Assembly: GCA_946404125.1 (NCBI GenBank)
Contig: CAMJCK010000016.1
Location: 2,040 to 66,039 of the forward strand
Direction of reading: 5' to 3'
DNA length: 64,000 nucleotides
Source: an uncultured Bacteroidota bacterium
Lineage (GTDB): Bacteria > Bacteroidota > Bacteroidia > Bacteroidales > SZUA-534
In this document: piece by piece, positions 1 through 8,591 of the stretch
How positions within the stretch are numbered: the stretch's first letter is position 1
Layout: each line of letters begins with the position of its first letter
The notes under the pieces: generated by a model
What the model saw: the letters and a program-made list of their open reading frames with translations, nothing else
What the model was told of the DNA's origin: nothing
Database searches by the model: none
Made by a program: the position numbers and the translations under genes

Positions 1-627
1 ATCACAATGGACAGCATCTGCCTGAAAAAGAAATACGTCAGTGTTATGCTCTCTCTGTCAAATACTTACATTCAAGATTATCCGGACGACCGGCTGATTT
101 GCGAGTCGAAGTACCGCCACTGCGAGATGCTGAAACACCTCCGCAACGAAGACCCGGAGCTGCTCAAGACTTGTCTAAACGATTCTCTGCAAATAAGATA
201 CGCTTTCCGCGAATCGACAAAATTTCCTATTTACACCATTGTCATCCACCCCGACGACATAAAGAAAGCGCTGAACACAACCGAAGCGTTCCGCTGCCCG
301 CGAAAGGATTTAGAACGCGCCTTACGCTCTGAGACCAAGCCACTTCCGTATGATGTTGTGGACAAAATACAGCTCTCTGCTATAAAACCCGACTACGCCA
401 CCAACACTCTGAAACTGAACGTGCGGATGCGTCGCAAAGCGAAACCCGACAAAGCCACGCTCACACAAATAGTTGAAAATGAGCTTTGGAAAAACGTTAG
501 CGAGTTTTATTCGGTGCGGATGATGATGCTGAACGAGGGAATCATTGATTTCCGATTCATCGGCACCGACGACCGGCTGCAAGAATCGATAACTGTTGGT
601 CCCGATTTTTACGGAAAAAAGTTTTAG
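1..627 (+). CDS. hypothetical protein, 3' part (frame is open to the left window edge)
   Basis: ORF 7..627 with in-frame sense codons back to base 1. No family motif recognised. Confidence 0.45.
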   Translation: MTMDSICLKKKYVSVMLSLSNTYIQDYPDDRLICESKYRHCEMLKHLRNEDPELLKTCLNDSLQIRYAFRESTKFPIYTIVIHPDDIKKALNTTEAFRCPRKDLERALRSETKPLPYDVVDKIQLSAIKPDYATNTLKLNVRMRRKAKPDKATLTQIVENELWKNVSEFYSVRMMMLNEGIIDFRFIGTDDRLQESITVGPDFYGKKF

Positions 628-656
628 GTTGTAAGTTTTTGAAGTTATAAGTAGGG
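628..656 (+). repeat. stop-rich short tandem tract (AAGTT-type heptamer family) directly 3' of the CDS
   Basis: Stops at 625 (gene stop TAG), 632 TAA, 640 TGA, 648 TAA and 652 TAG. Contains 'TTTGAAGTTATAAGT', a motif shared with the tracts at 4612-4682 and 11941-11972. Confidence 0.6.
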
Positions 657-714
657 ATGCGATGCTTACGTCAGCATTAGTGTTTGCGTCTGCACTCGTG
701 TTAATCAATCAATT

Positions 715-1485
715 ATGAAAATATTTGTTATCGGGTCGGGAAATGTGGCCACGCACCTGTCGAACGCAATGCTCAAGGCCGGGCACGCCATTGCCGGAGT
801 GTGCGGGCGCAACTTCGGGCACACCCAGGAACTCGCGAAAGCGCTGAATACCAAACCGTTTGACAGCATCAGCCAAATACCCGCCAACGCCGACATCTAC
901 CTTATCAGCGTAAGCGATGACAGCATTGCCGACGTGGTTGCACAAATGCCTGATGTTGAAGGCGTTGTGGCACACACTGCTGGAAGCGTTCCGATGAGCG
1001 TGCTGAGCCGTTTCGGCAGCCACGGGGTGCTCTATCCGCTGCAATCGTTCAGCAAAAGCCGAAAAATCGATGTCAGCCGCGTACCGTTCTGCATTGAGGG
1101 CAACAGCGGGCAAACAGCCGAAACGCTTGCCACGCTCGCCCGCACTTTGAGCAACAACGTGCGCCCGATGACAACCGCGCAACGCGCCCAACTGCACATT
1201 GCCGCAGTGTTTGCGAGCAACTTTGCCAACAGTATGTATGCCGAGGCCGAAACCATCCTGAAAAACAGCAACATACCGTTTGACATTATGCGTGAGCTGA
1301 TTGCCGAGACAGCCGCCAAAGCCGCCGAGCTTGGCCCCGTGGCGGCACAAACCGGTCCGGCCCGCCGTGGCGACTCAAAGGTTATGAACCGCCAAATGCA
1401 ATCGCTGCCCGACGCTGAGTTGCAAAAATTGTATAGTTTTGTGTCGGAAAGGATTCAAGGCAGATACAAGCCGAGCGGAAACTAA
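715..1485 (+). CDS. Rossmann-fold NAD(P)-binding protein, DUF2520-like (ProC-like fold)
   Basis: N-terminal dinucleotide-binding motif 'VIGSGNVATHL'. Length and overall look match the Bacteroidota 'Rossmann-like + DUF2520' family (recollection, not searched). Confidence 0.7.
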   Translation: MKIFVIGSGNVATHLSNAMLKAGHAIAGVCGRNFGHTQELAKALNTKPFDSISQIPANADIYLISVSDDSIADVVAQMPDVEGVVAHTAGSVPMSVLSRFGSHGVLYPLQSFSKSRKIDVSRVPFCIEGNSGQTAETLATLARTLSNNVRPMTTAQRAQLHIAAVFASNFANSMYAEAETILKNSNIPFDIMRELIAETAAKAAELGPVAAQTGPARRGDSKVMNRQMQSLPDAELQKLYSFVSERIQGRYKPSGN

Positions 1486-1524
1486 TACGGCTGCATTTGC
1501 CAGAGAATCAAAAATTTACACAAA

Positions 1525-2052
1525 ATGGCAAATTTCAAGGAAGATTTGATGAAAGTGAAGGCGTTTGCCTTCGATATTGACGGTGTCTGCACCGACGCCA
1601 CAATGATTTGTCTGGCCGACGGCCAGCAGGTGCGCCAGTCGAACACCCGCGACGGCTTTGCGTTGCGATTCGCCCACGAGCAGGGCTACCCCATCGCCAT
1701 CATCAGTGCGGGCAAGAACAACGCCGGAGTAGTGCGGCGCTTTGAAAGCCTCGGCCTCACCGACCTCTACATCGGCAGCCTGGCAAAAGTTCCGGCCTTC
1801 GACGATTTTCTGAAACGCCACAACCTGACCGATGACGACGTGCTCTATATGGGCGACGACGTGCCCGACTACCCCATTCTGAAACGCGCCGGTGTGCCCA
1901 CCTGCCCCGCCGACGCCGTGAACGACATCAAACCGTTTGTGAAATACGTGTCGGACCTCAACGGCGGCCACGGCTGCGTGCGCGATGTGATTGAGCAGGT
2001 TTTGCGCGCCCAGGGCCGGTGGGTGAATTTTGAGACGGAGAATTTTCTGTAG
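1525..2052 (+). CDS. kdsC: HAD-superfamily phosphatase, KdsC-like (KDO-8-phosphate phosphatase)
   Basis: HAD motifs 'FAFDIDGV' and 'YMGDDVPD'. 175 aa, typical KdsC size. Confidence 0.75.
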   Translation: MANFKEDLMKVKAFAFDIDGVCTDATMICLADGQQVRQSNTRDGFALRFAHEQGYPIAIISAGKNNAGVVRRFESLGLTDLYIGSLAKVPAFDDFLKRHNLTDDDVLYMGDDVPDYPILKRAGVPTCPADAVNDIKPFVKYVSDLNGGHGCVRDVIEQVLRAQGRWVNFETENFL

Positions 2053-2070
2053 TAGAATTTCGAGCGCGCT

Positions 2071-3042
2071 ATGTACAAATATCTGTCGATAATACGATGG
2101 CCGAACCTGCTGATTGTGCCGTTCACAATGATTCTGATGCGCTACTGCATCATCAAGCCGATACTCGACTATCAGTATTCGATTCAGCTTGGCGAAATTG
2201 TATCTTTGCAATTGTCAGGCTTTTACTTCACCATTCTGATACTGATTAACGTGTTGCAAGGCGCTGCCGGATATGTCATCAACGACTATTTCGACCGCCG
2301 GATTGACACCATCAACCGTCCCGACAAGGTGATTGTGGACCGCACGCTGCCGCGCCGGCACGCCATAATCTACCACTCCGCACTCAACGCGGCGGCTATT
2401 TTGCTTGCAGCGGTATTTGCGTGGCATTTCGGCCGAATATCGATACTTATTTTCTACCTGATGATTTCAGGATTATATTGGTTATATTCAACCACTTACA
2501 AAAAACAATTACTTGTCGGCAACATTGTTGTGGCACTAGTAACCGCCTCAATACCAATACAAGAAGGCATTTTTGAGTGCGCCGAACTAACCCGCGCATA
2601 CGGATTCAATATAATAGCCAACGGTTTGACTTTCAAGCCAATACTATACTGGACCGCGGGATTCGCATTTTTCGCCTTCCTCACCAACCTTATCCGCGAG
2701 ATTGTAAAAGATATGGAGGACGTTGAAGGCGACTGCTACTGCGGCTGCGACACTCTGCCCATCCACTTCGGAATGCGAATATCGAAGATTGTTGTTGTGT
2801 CGCTCTTCCTGCTTATGATAGCCAGTCTGTTAGCCGTTTACCAGCTTTTTCTGCACGATTTTCTGACACTTATCTACATTGCCGTGCTTCTGATAGCCCC
2901 CGCCTGCGCCGCTGCATTTATGACCATCCGCGCAAGCGAGGTGAAGCATTACAAGCGAATCAGCACACTTATTAAAATAGTAATGGTGCTTGGCGGACTG
3001 TATTCGGTTCTGGCACGAGAGATTATGCAGTTTGTGGTGTAA
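2071..3042 (+). CDS. UbiA-family integral-membrane prenyltransferase
   Basis: Many hydrophobic helices. Two Asp-rich UbiA motifs, 'NDYFDRRID' and 'KDMEDVEGD'. Confidence 0.8.
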   Translation: MYKYLSIIRWPNLLIVPFTMILMRYCIIKPILDYQYSIQLGEIVSLQLSGFYFTILILINVLQGAAGYVINDYFDRRIDTINRPDKVIVDRTLPRRHAIIYHSALNAAAILLAAVFAWHFGRISILIFYLMISGLYWLYSTTYKKQLLVGNIVVALVTASIPIQEGIFECAELTRAYGFNIIANGLTFKPILYWTAGFAFFAFLTNLIREIVKDMEDVEGDCYCGCDTLPIHFGMRISKIVVVSLFLLMIASLLAVYQLFLHDFLTLIYIAVLLIAPACAAAFMTIRASEVKHYKRISTLIKIVMVLGGLYSVLAREIMQFVV

Positions 3043-3117
3043 ATGAAGGATTGAAGGATTGAATGCGTGAAGGATCGAAGGATTGAAGGCGCGAAGGATT
3101 GAATGCGTGAAGCCTTG
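3043..3117 (+). repeat. 24-bp tandem repeat (TGAAGGAT TGAAGGAT TGAATGCG) giving an 8-nt TGA lattice
   Basis: TGA at 3044, 3052, 3060, 3068, 3084, 3100 and 3108, starting 2 nt after the UbiA stop. The same unit is found reverse-complemented at 14056-14141. Confidence 0.85.
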
Positions 3118-3138
3118 CAACTTTTTCTAAAAAAAATA

Positions 3139-3146
3139 TATTTTTG
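3139..3146 (+). promoter_or_regulatory. Bacteroidota -7 promoter box TAnnTTTG (TATTTTTG) for yebC
   Basis: Exact consensus match 40 nt upstream of the ATG at 3186. Confidence 0.5.
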
Positions 3147-3185
3147 CGCCGTCAAAAAAATAACAAAATCTAAACAGAACACAAT

Positions 3186-3896
3186 ATGGGACGCGCGTTT
3201 GAATACCGTAGAGCTGCCAAAGAGAAACGCTGGGGACATATGTCGAGGATGTTCCCGAAATTGGCGAAACAAATCACTGCCGCCGCAAAAGAAGGCGGAA
3301 TGGACCCCGATATGAACCCGAAACTGAGGACCGCCATCCAGAACGCCAAAGCCGAGAATATGCCGAAGGACAACATCGATGCCGCCATCAAACGTGCTGC
3401 CGGCAAGGATGTTGACGCATACACCGAGGTGAACTACGAGGGCAAAGGCCCCCACGGAGTGCTGATTTTTGTCGAGTGTATGACCGACAACACAACACGC
3501 ACGGTGGCCAATGTGAAATCGTACTTCAACAAGCACGACGGCGGTTTGGTCCCGACAGGCTCGCTCGAGTTTATGTTCTCGCGCAAGGCTGTGGTTGAGT
3601 TCGAGAAAAAGCCCGACCTCAACCTCGAAGACCTTGAGCTTGAGCTGATTGACGCTGGGTTGGAGAGTTTCGACGTTGACGAGAACACCGTTTACGCTTA
3701 CGCGGAATACACCGAATTCGGCAACCTCACCCAGGCTATTGAGAAGGCTGGAATCGAGATTAAGAAAGCCACTCTGCAACGTTTCCCGCAGAATCCGGTT
3801 GAGTTCACCGAAGAGCAGATTGCCGACATCGACAAGCTGATTGACAAACTTGAGGAGGACGACGACGTTCAGGCCGTTTACACCAACATCGCCTAA
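3186..3896 (+). CDS. yebC: YebC/PmpR-family transcriptional regulator
   Basis: Near-consensus N-terminus '[16 protein letters not shown]...[26 protein letters not shown]'. 236 aa. Confidence 0.9.
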   Translation: MGRAFEYRRAAKEKRWGHMSRMFPKLAKQITAAAKEGGMDPDMNPKLRTAIQNAKAENMPKDNIDAAIKRAAGKDVDAYTEVNYEGKGPHGVLIFVECMTDNTTRTVANVKSYFNKHDGGLVPTGSLEFMFSRKAVVEFEKKPDLNLEDLELELIDAGLESFDVDENTVYAYAEYTEFGNLTQAIEKAGIEIKKATLQRFPQNPVEFTEEQIADIDKLIDKLEEDDDVQAVYTNIA

Positions 3897-3919
3897 CGCC
3901 AATAGCGGCAACGCATACA

Positions 3920-3952
3920 AGCCGTTTCTCAACACCGGGGAACGGCTTTTTT
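3920..3952 (+). terminator. Rho-independent terminator after yebC
   Basis: Stem AGCCGTT / AACGGCT followed by TTTTTT. Confidence 0.6.
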
Positions 3953-4093
3953 GTGCCACGCTGTTTTTTTTTTGCATTTTTTCAAACAAGCAGTGCAAAA
4001 ACATTCATAATTAATTCATAACTTTAAGCATCGATTTTTGACGGGAATGGCGTTGCCCCCGCCAGCCAAGTTTTTTTTAAAGGTACGCAAGCG

Positions 4094-4609
4094 ATGAACA
4101 CCGAAGGCAAAACACCGGAAGAAGTCTTTTTTGAGAGCTTCAACTACAAACTGTCATCGTTTTTTCACGATGACTACACCGAAATCGACAGCATCGAGAC
4201 ACCGGCCACATTTATGATTGTGTACGAGAAGAAACTCGGTCAGAAGGAGTTCGGATTGTTCAACCGGCTGCAATTCCGCATCTTCTACGACAAGGAGATA
4301 ATAACCGGCGACAACCCGGTCAACGTCAAGCTGCTGGGCGACGACAGCTACTCGGCCGAATCGGTGATGGCTCTGGCCAAAGAGATTGGCGCGATTTTCG
4401 GTCTCGACGATTCAGGCACCTGCAGCAACGCCGACGTCAGCTTCTACAAAGCCGATGAATATGACCTTTTCTGGACCATCGGCGACGGCGAGAGTTTCAT
4501 CAGCATTGAGCGCGACGCCAAAGAAGGCCTGTCGCTTAACATTTTGTTCTACAACAACTTGGTCGGGCACAATGTGGGCGACCTGCTGAAACCCGAACGG
4601 ACGGCGTAA
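4094..4609 (+). CDS. hypothetical cytoplasmic protein
   Basis: 171-aa ORF with no signal peptide and no recognised motif. Supported only by ORF length and the sense-oriented 3' repeat tract. Confidence 0.45.
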   Translation: MNTEGKTPEEVFFESFNYKLSSFFHDDYTEIDSIETPATFMIVYEKKLGQKEFGLFNRLQFRIFYDKEIITGDNPVNVKLLGDDSYSAESVMALAKEIGAIFGLDDSGTCSNADVSFYKADEYDLFWTIGDGESFISIERDAKEGLSLNILFYNNLVGHNVGDLLKPERTA

Positions 4610-4611
4610 GG

Positions 4612-4682
4612 GACGTTTTTAAGTTTTAAGTTTTCGGAGTTTTAAGTTTTAAGTTTTTGAAGTTTTAAGTTCCTGAGTTTGG
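4612..4682 (+). repeat. AAGTTTT heptamer/octamer tandem tract directly 3' of the CDS
   Basis: TAA at 4620, 4627, 4643, 4650 and 4666; TGA at 4658 and 4674. Confidence 0.8.
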
Positions 4683-4755
4683 ACGATTATCCGGCACTTT
4701 GCCCGTTGTGCCTTAAGCCTTTTTGCCTTTTAATGGTCTTTTTCCAAAAAAACTA

Positions 4756-4763
4756 TACTTTTG
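4756..4763 (+). promoter_or_regulatory. -7 box TACTTTTG for the M16 peptidase gene
   Basis: Exact TAnnTTTG match 24 nt upstream of the TTG start at 4787. Confidence 0.5.
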
Positions 4764-4786
4764 CGGCTCGATAAAAAGCATAGGTT

Positions 4787-6010
4787 TTGGCCGAATACGA
4801 ATATCATAGGTTAGCGAACGGAATTCGCGTAATTCACAGTAAATCAGACACTCCGGTGGCTCATATGGGCGTGGTGATAAACACTGGCTCGCGCGATGAG
4901 CTCGAAAATGAGCACGGAATTGCCCATATGATTGAGCACGTGATTTTCAAAGGCACGCGCAAACGTAAGGCTTACAACGTGATAAGCTGCCTTGAAAACG
5001 TGGGCGGCGAGATTGACGCCTACACCACCAAAGAGGAAACCTGCGTTTACGGCACTTTCCTGAAGGAATATTACGGCCGCGCAATGGAGCTGTTCGCTGA
5101 CATCATATTCAACTCGACCTTCCCCGACCACGAATGCGAGAAAGAGAAGGAAGTGATTGTGGATGAGATAAATTCGTACAAGGACACGCCGGGCGACCTT
5201 ATCTTCGACGATTTTGAGGACCTGATTTTCAGCGGACACACCATCGGGCGCAACATTCTGGGCACTCCCGAATCGATTGCCAACTACAACCACACTGATA
5301 TTCTGCGATTTATCGGCCGCACCTACAACACCGACCAGATTGCCATCTGCTCTGTGGGGCCTGTTGATTTCAAAACCATTGTGCGGCTTGCCGAGCGCCA
5401 CTTCGGCCCCATTCCCGAAAAGAAACGCGATTTCAAGCGGATACCCGTAAATCCGTACACACCGCATCTACTTGAGGTTGAGCTCGATACGCACCAGTCG
5501 CACTGCATTTTCGGCTGCCGCGCCTACCCCACCGACCACCAGAACCGTCTGGCTTTTGAGTTGATAAACAACACTTTGGGCGGACCCGGAATGAACTGCC
5601 GCCTCAACCTGGCTTTGCGCGAGAAACACGGCTACACCTACAACATCGAGTCGTTCTACACACCATACACCGACACCGGCACGTTCGGCATCTATTTTGG
5701 CACCGACTACGAGAAAACCGACCGCTGCCTGACCATCATCCGCCGCGAGCTGCGCCGCCTGCGCGAGGAGCGAATGGGCACTCTGCAACTCGACCGCGCC
5801 AAGAAGCAGATGATTGGCCAGCTTGCCATCAGCACCGAAAACTACTCCGGCCTGATGCTCAACCTCGGCCGCAGCTGTCTTCTTTTCGACACCATCGACC
5901 CGCTGAGCGAAATCTGCGAGAAAATAAACCGTTTCACCAGCAGCGACATTCTTGAAGTGGCAAACGAAATGCTCGACGACAAGAATTTCTCGACGCTGAT
6001 TTTTAAATAG
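4787..6010 (+). CDS. M16-family (pitrilysin/insulinase-like) zinc peptidase
   Basis: Inverted zinc motif HxxEH in 'GIAHMIEHVIFKGT'. 407 aa. TTG start as in the ORF track. Confidence 0.85.
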   Translation: MAEYEYHRLANGIRVIHSKSDTPVAHMGVVINTGSRDELENEHGIAHMIEHVIFKGTRKRKAYNVISCLENVGGEIDAYTTKEETCVYGTFLKEYYGRAMELFADIIFNSTFPDHECEKEKEVIVDEINSYKDTPGDLIFDDFEDLIFSGHTIGRNILGTPESIANYNHTDILRFIGRTYNTDQIAICSVGPVDFKTIVRLAERHFGPIPEKKRDFKRIPVNPYTPHLLEVELDTHQSHCIFGCRAYPTDHQNRLAFELINNTLGGPGMNCRLNLALREKHGYTYNIESFYTPYTDTGTFGIYFGTDYEKTDRCLTIIRRELRRLREERMGTLQLDRAKKQMIGQLAISTENYSGLMLNLGRSCLLFDTIDPLSEICEKINRFTSSDILEVANEMLDDKNFSTLIFK

Positions 6011-6022
6011 AGATTTAAACAC

Positions 6023-6050
6023 GTAGAGACGCGATTAATTGCGTCTCTAC
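6023..6050. repeat. palindromic hairpin GTAGAGACGC-GATTAATT-GCGTCTCTAC between convergent genes
   Basis: Perfect 10-bp arms with an 8-nt loop. Lies between the M16 stop (6010) and the LRR gene stop (6079). Same arm sequence as 63129-63156. Confidence 0.8.
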
Positions 6051-6078
6051 ATCCACATTATCAATATTTACCCAATTT

Positions 6079-8487
6079 TCAATTCACAACCACACGTTTC
6101 ACCGTGCCACCTGTTTTTACAATGTAAATGCCAGGGTTGTTGATGGTTATTTCAGAATGGGAGCGATGATTTGCGTCTCTACAAACCAATGCGCCCATTG
6201 CGTTGTAAACACGGATTTCATCGATGGCGTTCTCAACGACAATTTGGTTATCGTAGGCGTAGATGTTCACTGCATTTGCGGCAGATTCGTTAACGGCGGT
6301 TAGCGTAGTTGCGCCCCAAACAACCGGGCGGTTGTCAGGATTCCAATTTGATTCCCAACCGGAAGGTTGAGACTCCGCCTCGCAATAAATGGTCAGGTTA
6401 TTGCATTGAAGGAAAGCAAAATCCCCAATATAACTAACAGATTTAGGAACACTTACCGATTTAAGACCTTTGCAACCCTTGAACGAGCAAGCCTCAATAT
6501 TAGTTACTGAACTAGGGAATTTTACCGATTGCAAGTTTGTGCAACCTTCGAACGCCCATTCACCAATTTTAACAACCGACTTTCCAATTGTTACTGATGC
6601 CAAACCACAATATCCGAAAGCCTCTTCACCGATAGTGGTAACCGCATCCGGAATGTCTACCGATGTCAGCAAATCGCAACCATAGAACGCTTTATTACCG
6701 ATACTTTCAACTGAATTTCCGATAGTTACAGTAGTCAATTGGTCGCATAGACTAAACGTTTCATCTTCAATTCTCACAACCGAATTAGGAATGGCAATTG
6801 AAGACATACTGCAGGAATTGAACGCTCCCTTGCCGATGCTGGTAACTGCATCCGGAATGTTTATCGATGTCAGCGACTCGCAACCAGAGAACGCTCCGGC
6901 ACCAATTTTTGTAACTGAATTCGGAAGAGTTACGGACGTCAAAGGACATCCTGAGAAAGCGCCATTACCGATACTGGCAACCGATTTGCCGATATTAACC
7001 GATTTTAGATTATAGCATCCGGAAAAGGCTTCGTCGCCAATGATTTTCACCGAATCACCAATATTTACAGCTTTTAACGAAGGACGGCCATTAAACATAT
7101 CTCCGACGGCATCTGTATTGAATGTCAGCGTTTCAATGTTATCGGAAAATATGAAAGCTGTTGAGGCAATGCTTGTAACAGAGTTAGGAATGGTTAATGA
7201 TGTAAGGTCATTGCAATCTGAAAACACACCTCCCCCAATTTTAGTGACAGAATTAGGTATGACTACTGATGTTAAACCGGAACTGGAAAATGCACCCGCA
7301 CCAATATTTGTCACAGAATTGCCAATTGTAACCGATGACAAACCTTGACAGCGGTAAAAAACTTCGTCACCGATGTTTTTAACCGCATTGGGAATTGTTA
7401 CCGACGACAACCCAGCACAATAGGCAAATGCCTTATTTTCAATACTATTAACAGAATCCCCGATTGTTACCGATGTTAAATCGCATTCTTGGAAAGCTTC
7501 TGGCCCGATAACTCGGCACCTGTTATTTATTTTGCACGATGTTATATTAGCAGATTCTGCTTTAATTAGCGCGACATACGGGTTCTCGGCGTTGCCCACA
7601 TACAAGGCATTGCCATATTTGTTGTATTTCAATTTGTCGGAACCTTCGAAAGCAATGATGTCTATCTTAATAGCGGCATCAGGAATGGAAACAGTTTCCA
7701 ACAAGGGGCATCTTCCAAACGCGAATCCGGCTATTTTAACATCAGTCCCCAAAATTGTTACTGATGCAAGGCTATCACAATAGCAAAAAGCGCTTTCACC
7801 TATTTTAGTAACAGATTTCGGAATGGTTATCGATTTAAGACCGCAATAATTAAACGCATAGTCTCCAATATTGGTTACTGAATTTGGAATGGTTACTGAT
7901 TTCAACCTATTATTTCCGAACGCATATGTTCCGATGCTGCTAACCGAATTTGGAATGGTCACCGATTTTAGTTCGTTACCAAAAAACGTGTATGCCTCAA
8001 TTTTAGTGACAGAATTGGGTATGATTACTGATGTTAAACCGGCACCGGAAAACGCACCCGCGCCAATACTGGTAATTGAATTTGGAATAGTTATCGAGGT
8101 TAATCCAACGCAATTATTGAACGCATATTTTTCAATTCTAGTAACAGAATTCGGAATAGATACCGCTGTAAGTTGCGTGCAACAATCAAACGCCTTCTCG
8201 TCGATGATGGTTACTGTATTCGGAATGGTTATTGAAGTAATCAGGCAATACTGGAATGCACACATACGAATGCTGGTAATTGTATATGTTACCCCATTAA
8301 TATCCACAGATGATGGAAGCACAATGTCTCCCGTCAAAGTGTCTGCTTTACAACCAACAGAAACTTCGTGTTTCGAGGTGCTGGTCACTATGTATTTCAA
8401 ATTGTCAACGGTAAAAGTGGTCTGCCCCCACACCTGCCCTGCAAGCATTGCGGCAAATAGGAAAGTGAAAATGCGTTTCATCTTCAA
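6079..8487 (-). CDS. BspA-type leucine-rich-repeat surface protein with T9SS C-terminal sorting domain
   Basis: Signal peptide 'MKMKRIFTFLFAAMLAGQVWGQ'. About 30 tandem units of the form 'SVTIPNSVT.IG..AF..C..L'. C-terminus 'IRVYNAMGALV...NPGIYIVKTGG'. Confidence 0.85.
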   Translation of the reverse strand: MKMKRIFTFLFAAMLAGQVWGQTTFTVDNLKYIVTSTSKHEVSVGCKADTLTGDIVLPSSVDINGVTYTITSIRMCAFQYCLITSITIPNTVTIIDEKAFDCCTQLTAVSIPNSVTRIEKYAFNNCVGLTSITIPNSITSIGAGAFSGAGLTSVIIPNSVTKIEAYTFFGNELKSVTIPNSVSSIGTYAFGNNRLKSVTIPNSVTNIGDYAFNYCGLKSITIPKSVTKIGESAFCYCDSLASVTILGTDVKIAGFAFGRCPLLETVSIPDAAIKIDIIAFEGSDKLKYNKYGNALYVGNAENPYVALIKAESANITSCKINNRCRVIGPEAFQECDLTSVTIGDSVNSIENKAFAYCAGLSSVTIPNAVKNIGDEVFYRCQGLSSVTIGNSVTNIGAGAFSSSGLTSVVIPNSVTKIGGGVFSDCNDLTSLTIPNSVTSIASTAFIFSDNIETLTFNTDAVGDMFNGRPSLKAVNIGDSVKIIGDEAFSGCYNLKSVNIGKSVASIGNGAFSGCPLTSVTLPNSVTKIGAGAFSGCESLTSINIPDAVTSIGKGAFNSCSMSSIAIPNSVVRIEDETFSLCDQLTTVTIGNSVESIGNKAFYGCDLLTSVDIPDAVTTIGEEAFGYCGLASVTIGKSVVKIGEWAFEGCTNLQSVKFPSSVTNIEACSFKGCKGLKSVSVPKSVSYIGDFAFLQCNNLTIYCEAESQPSGWESNWNPDNRPVVWGATTLTAVNESAANAVNIYAYDNQIVVENAIDEIRVYNAMGALVCRDANHRSHSEITINNPGIYIVKTGGTVKRVVVN

Positions 8488-8522
8488 TTATTAGTTAGTT
8501 ATCCGTGTAAAAAATATATCAG

Positions 8523-8530
8523 CAAATATA
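8523..8530 (-). promoter_or_regulatory. -7 box (TATATTTG on minus strand) for the LRR gene
   Basis: CAAATATA on the plus strand, 36 nt upstream of the start at 8487. Confidence 0.45.
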
Positions 8531-8591
8531 GGCTTTTATTAAGAGAAAAGCACGTACTGAAGCCTAAATTTGTGTCACATTATTACACTTA

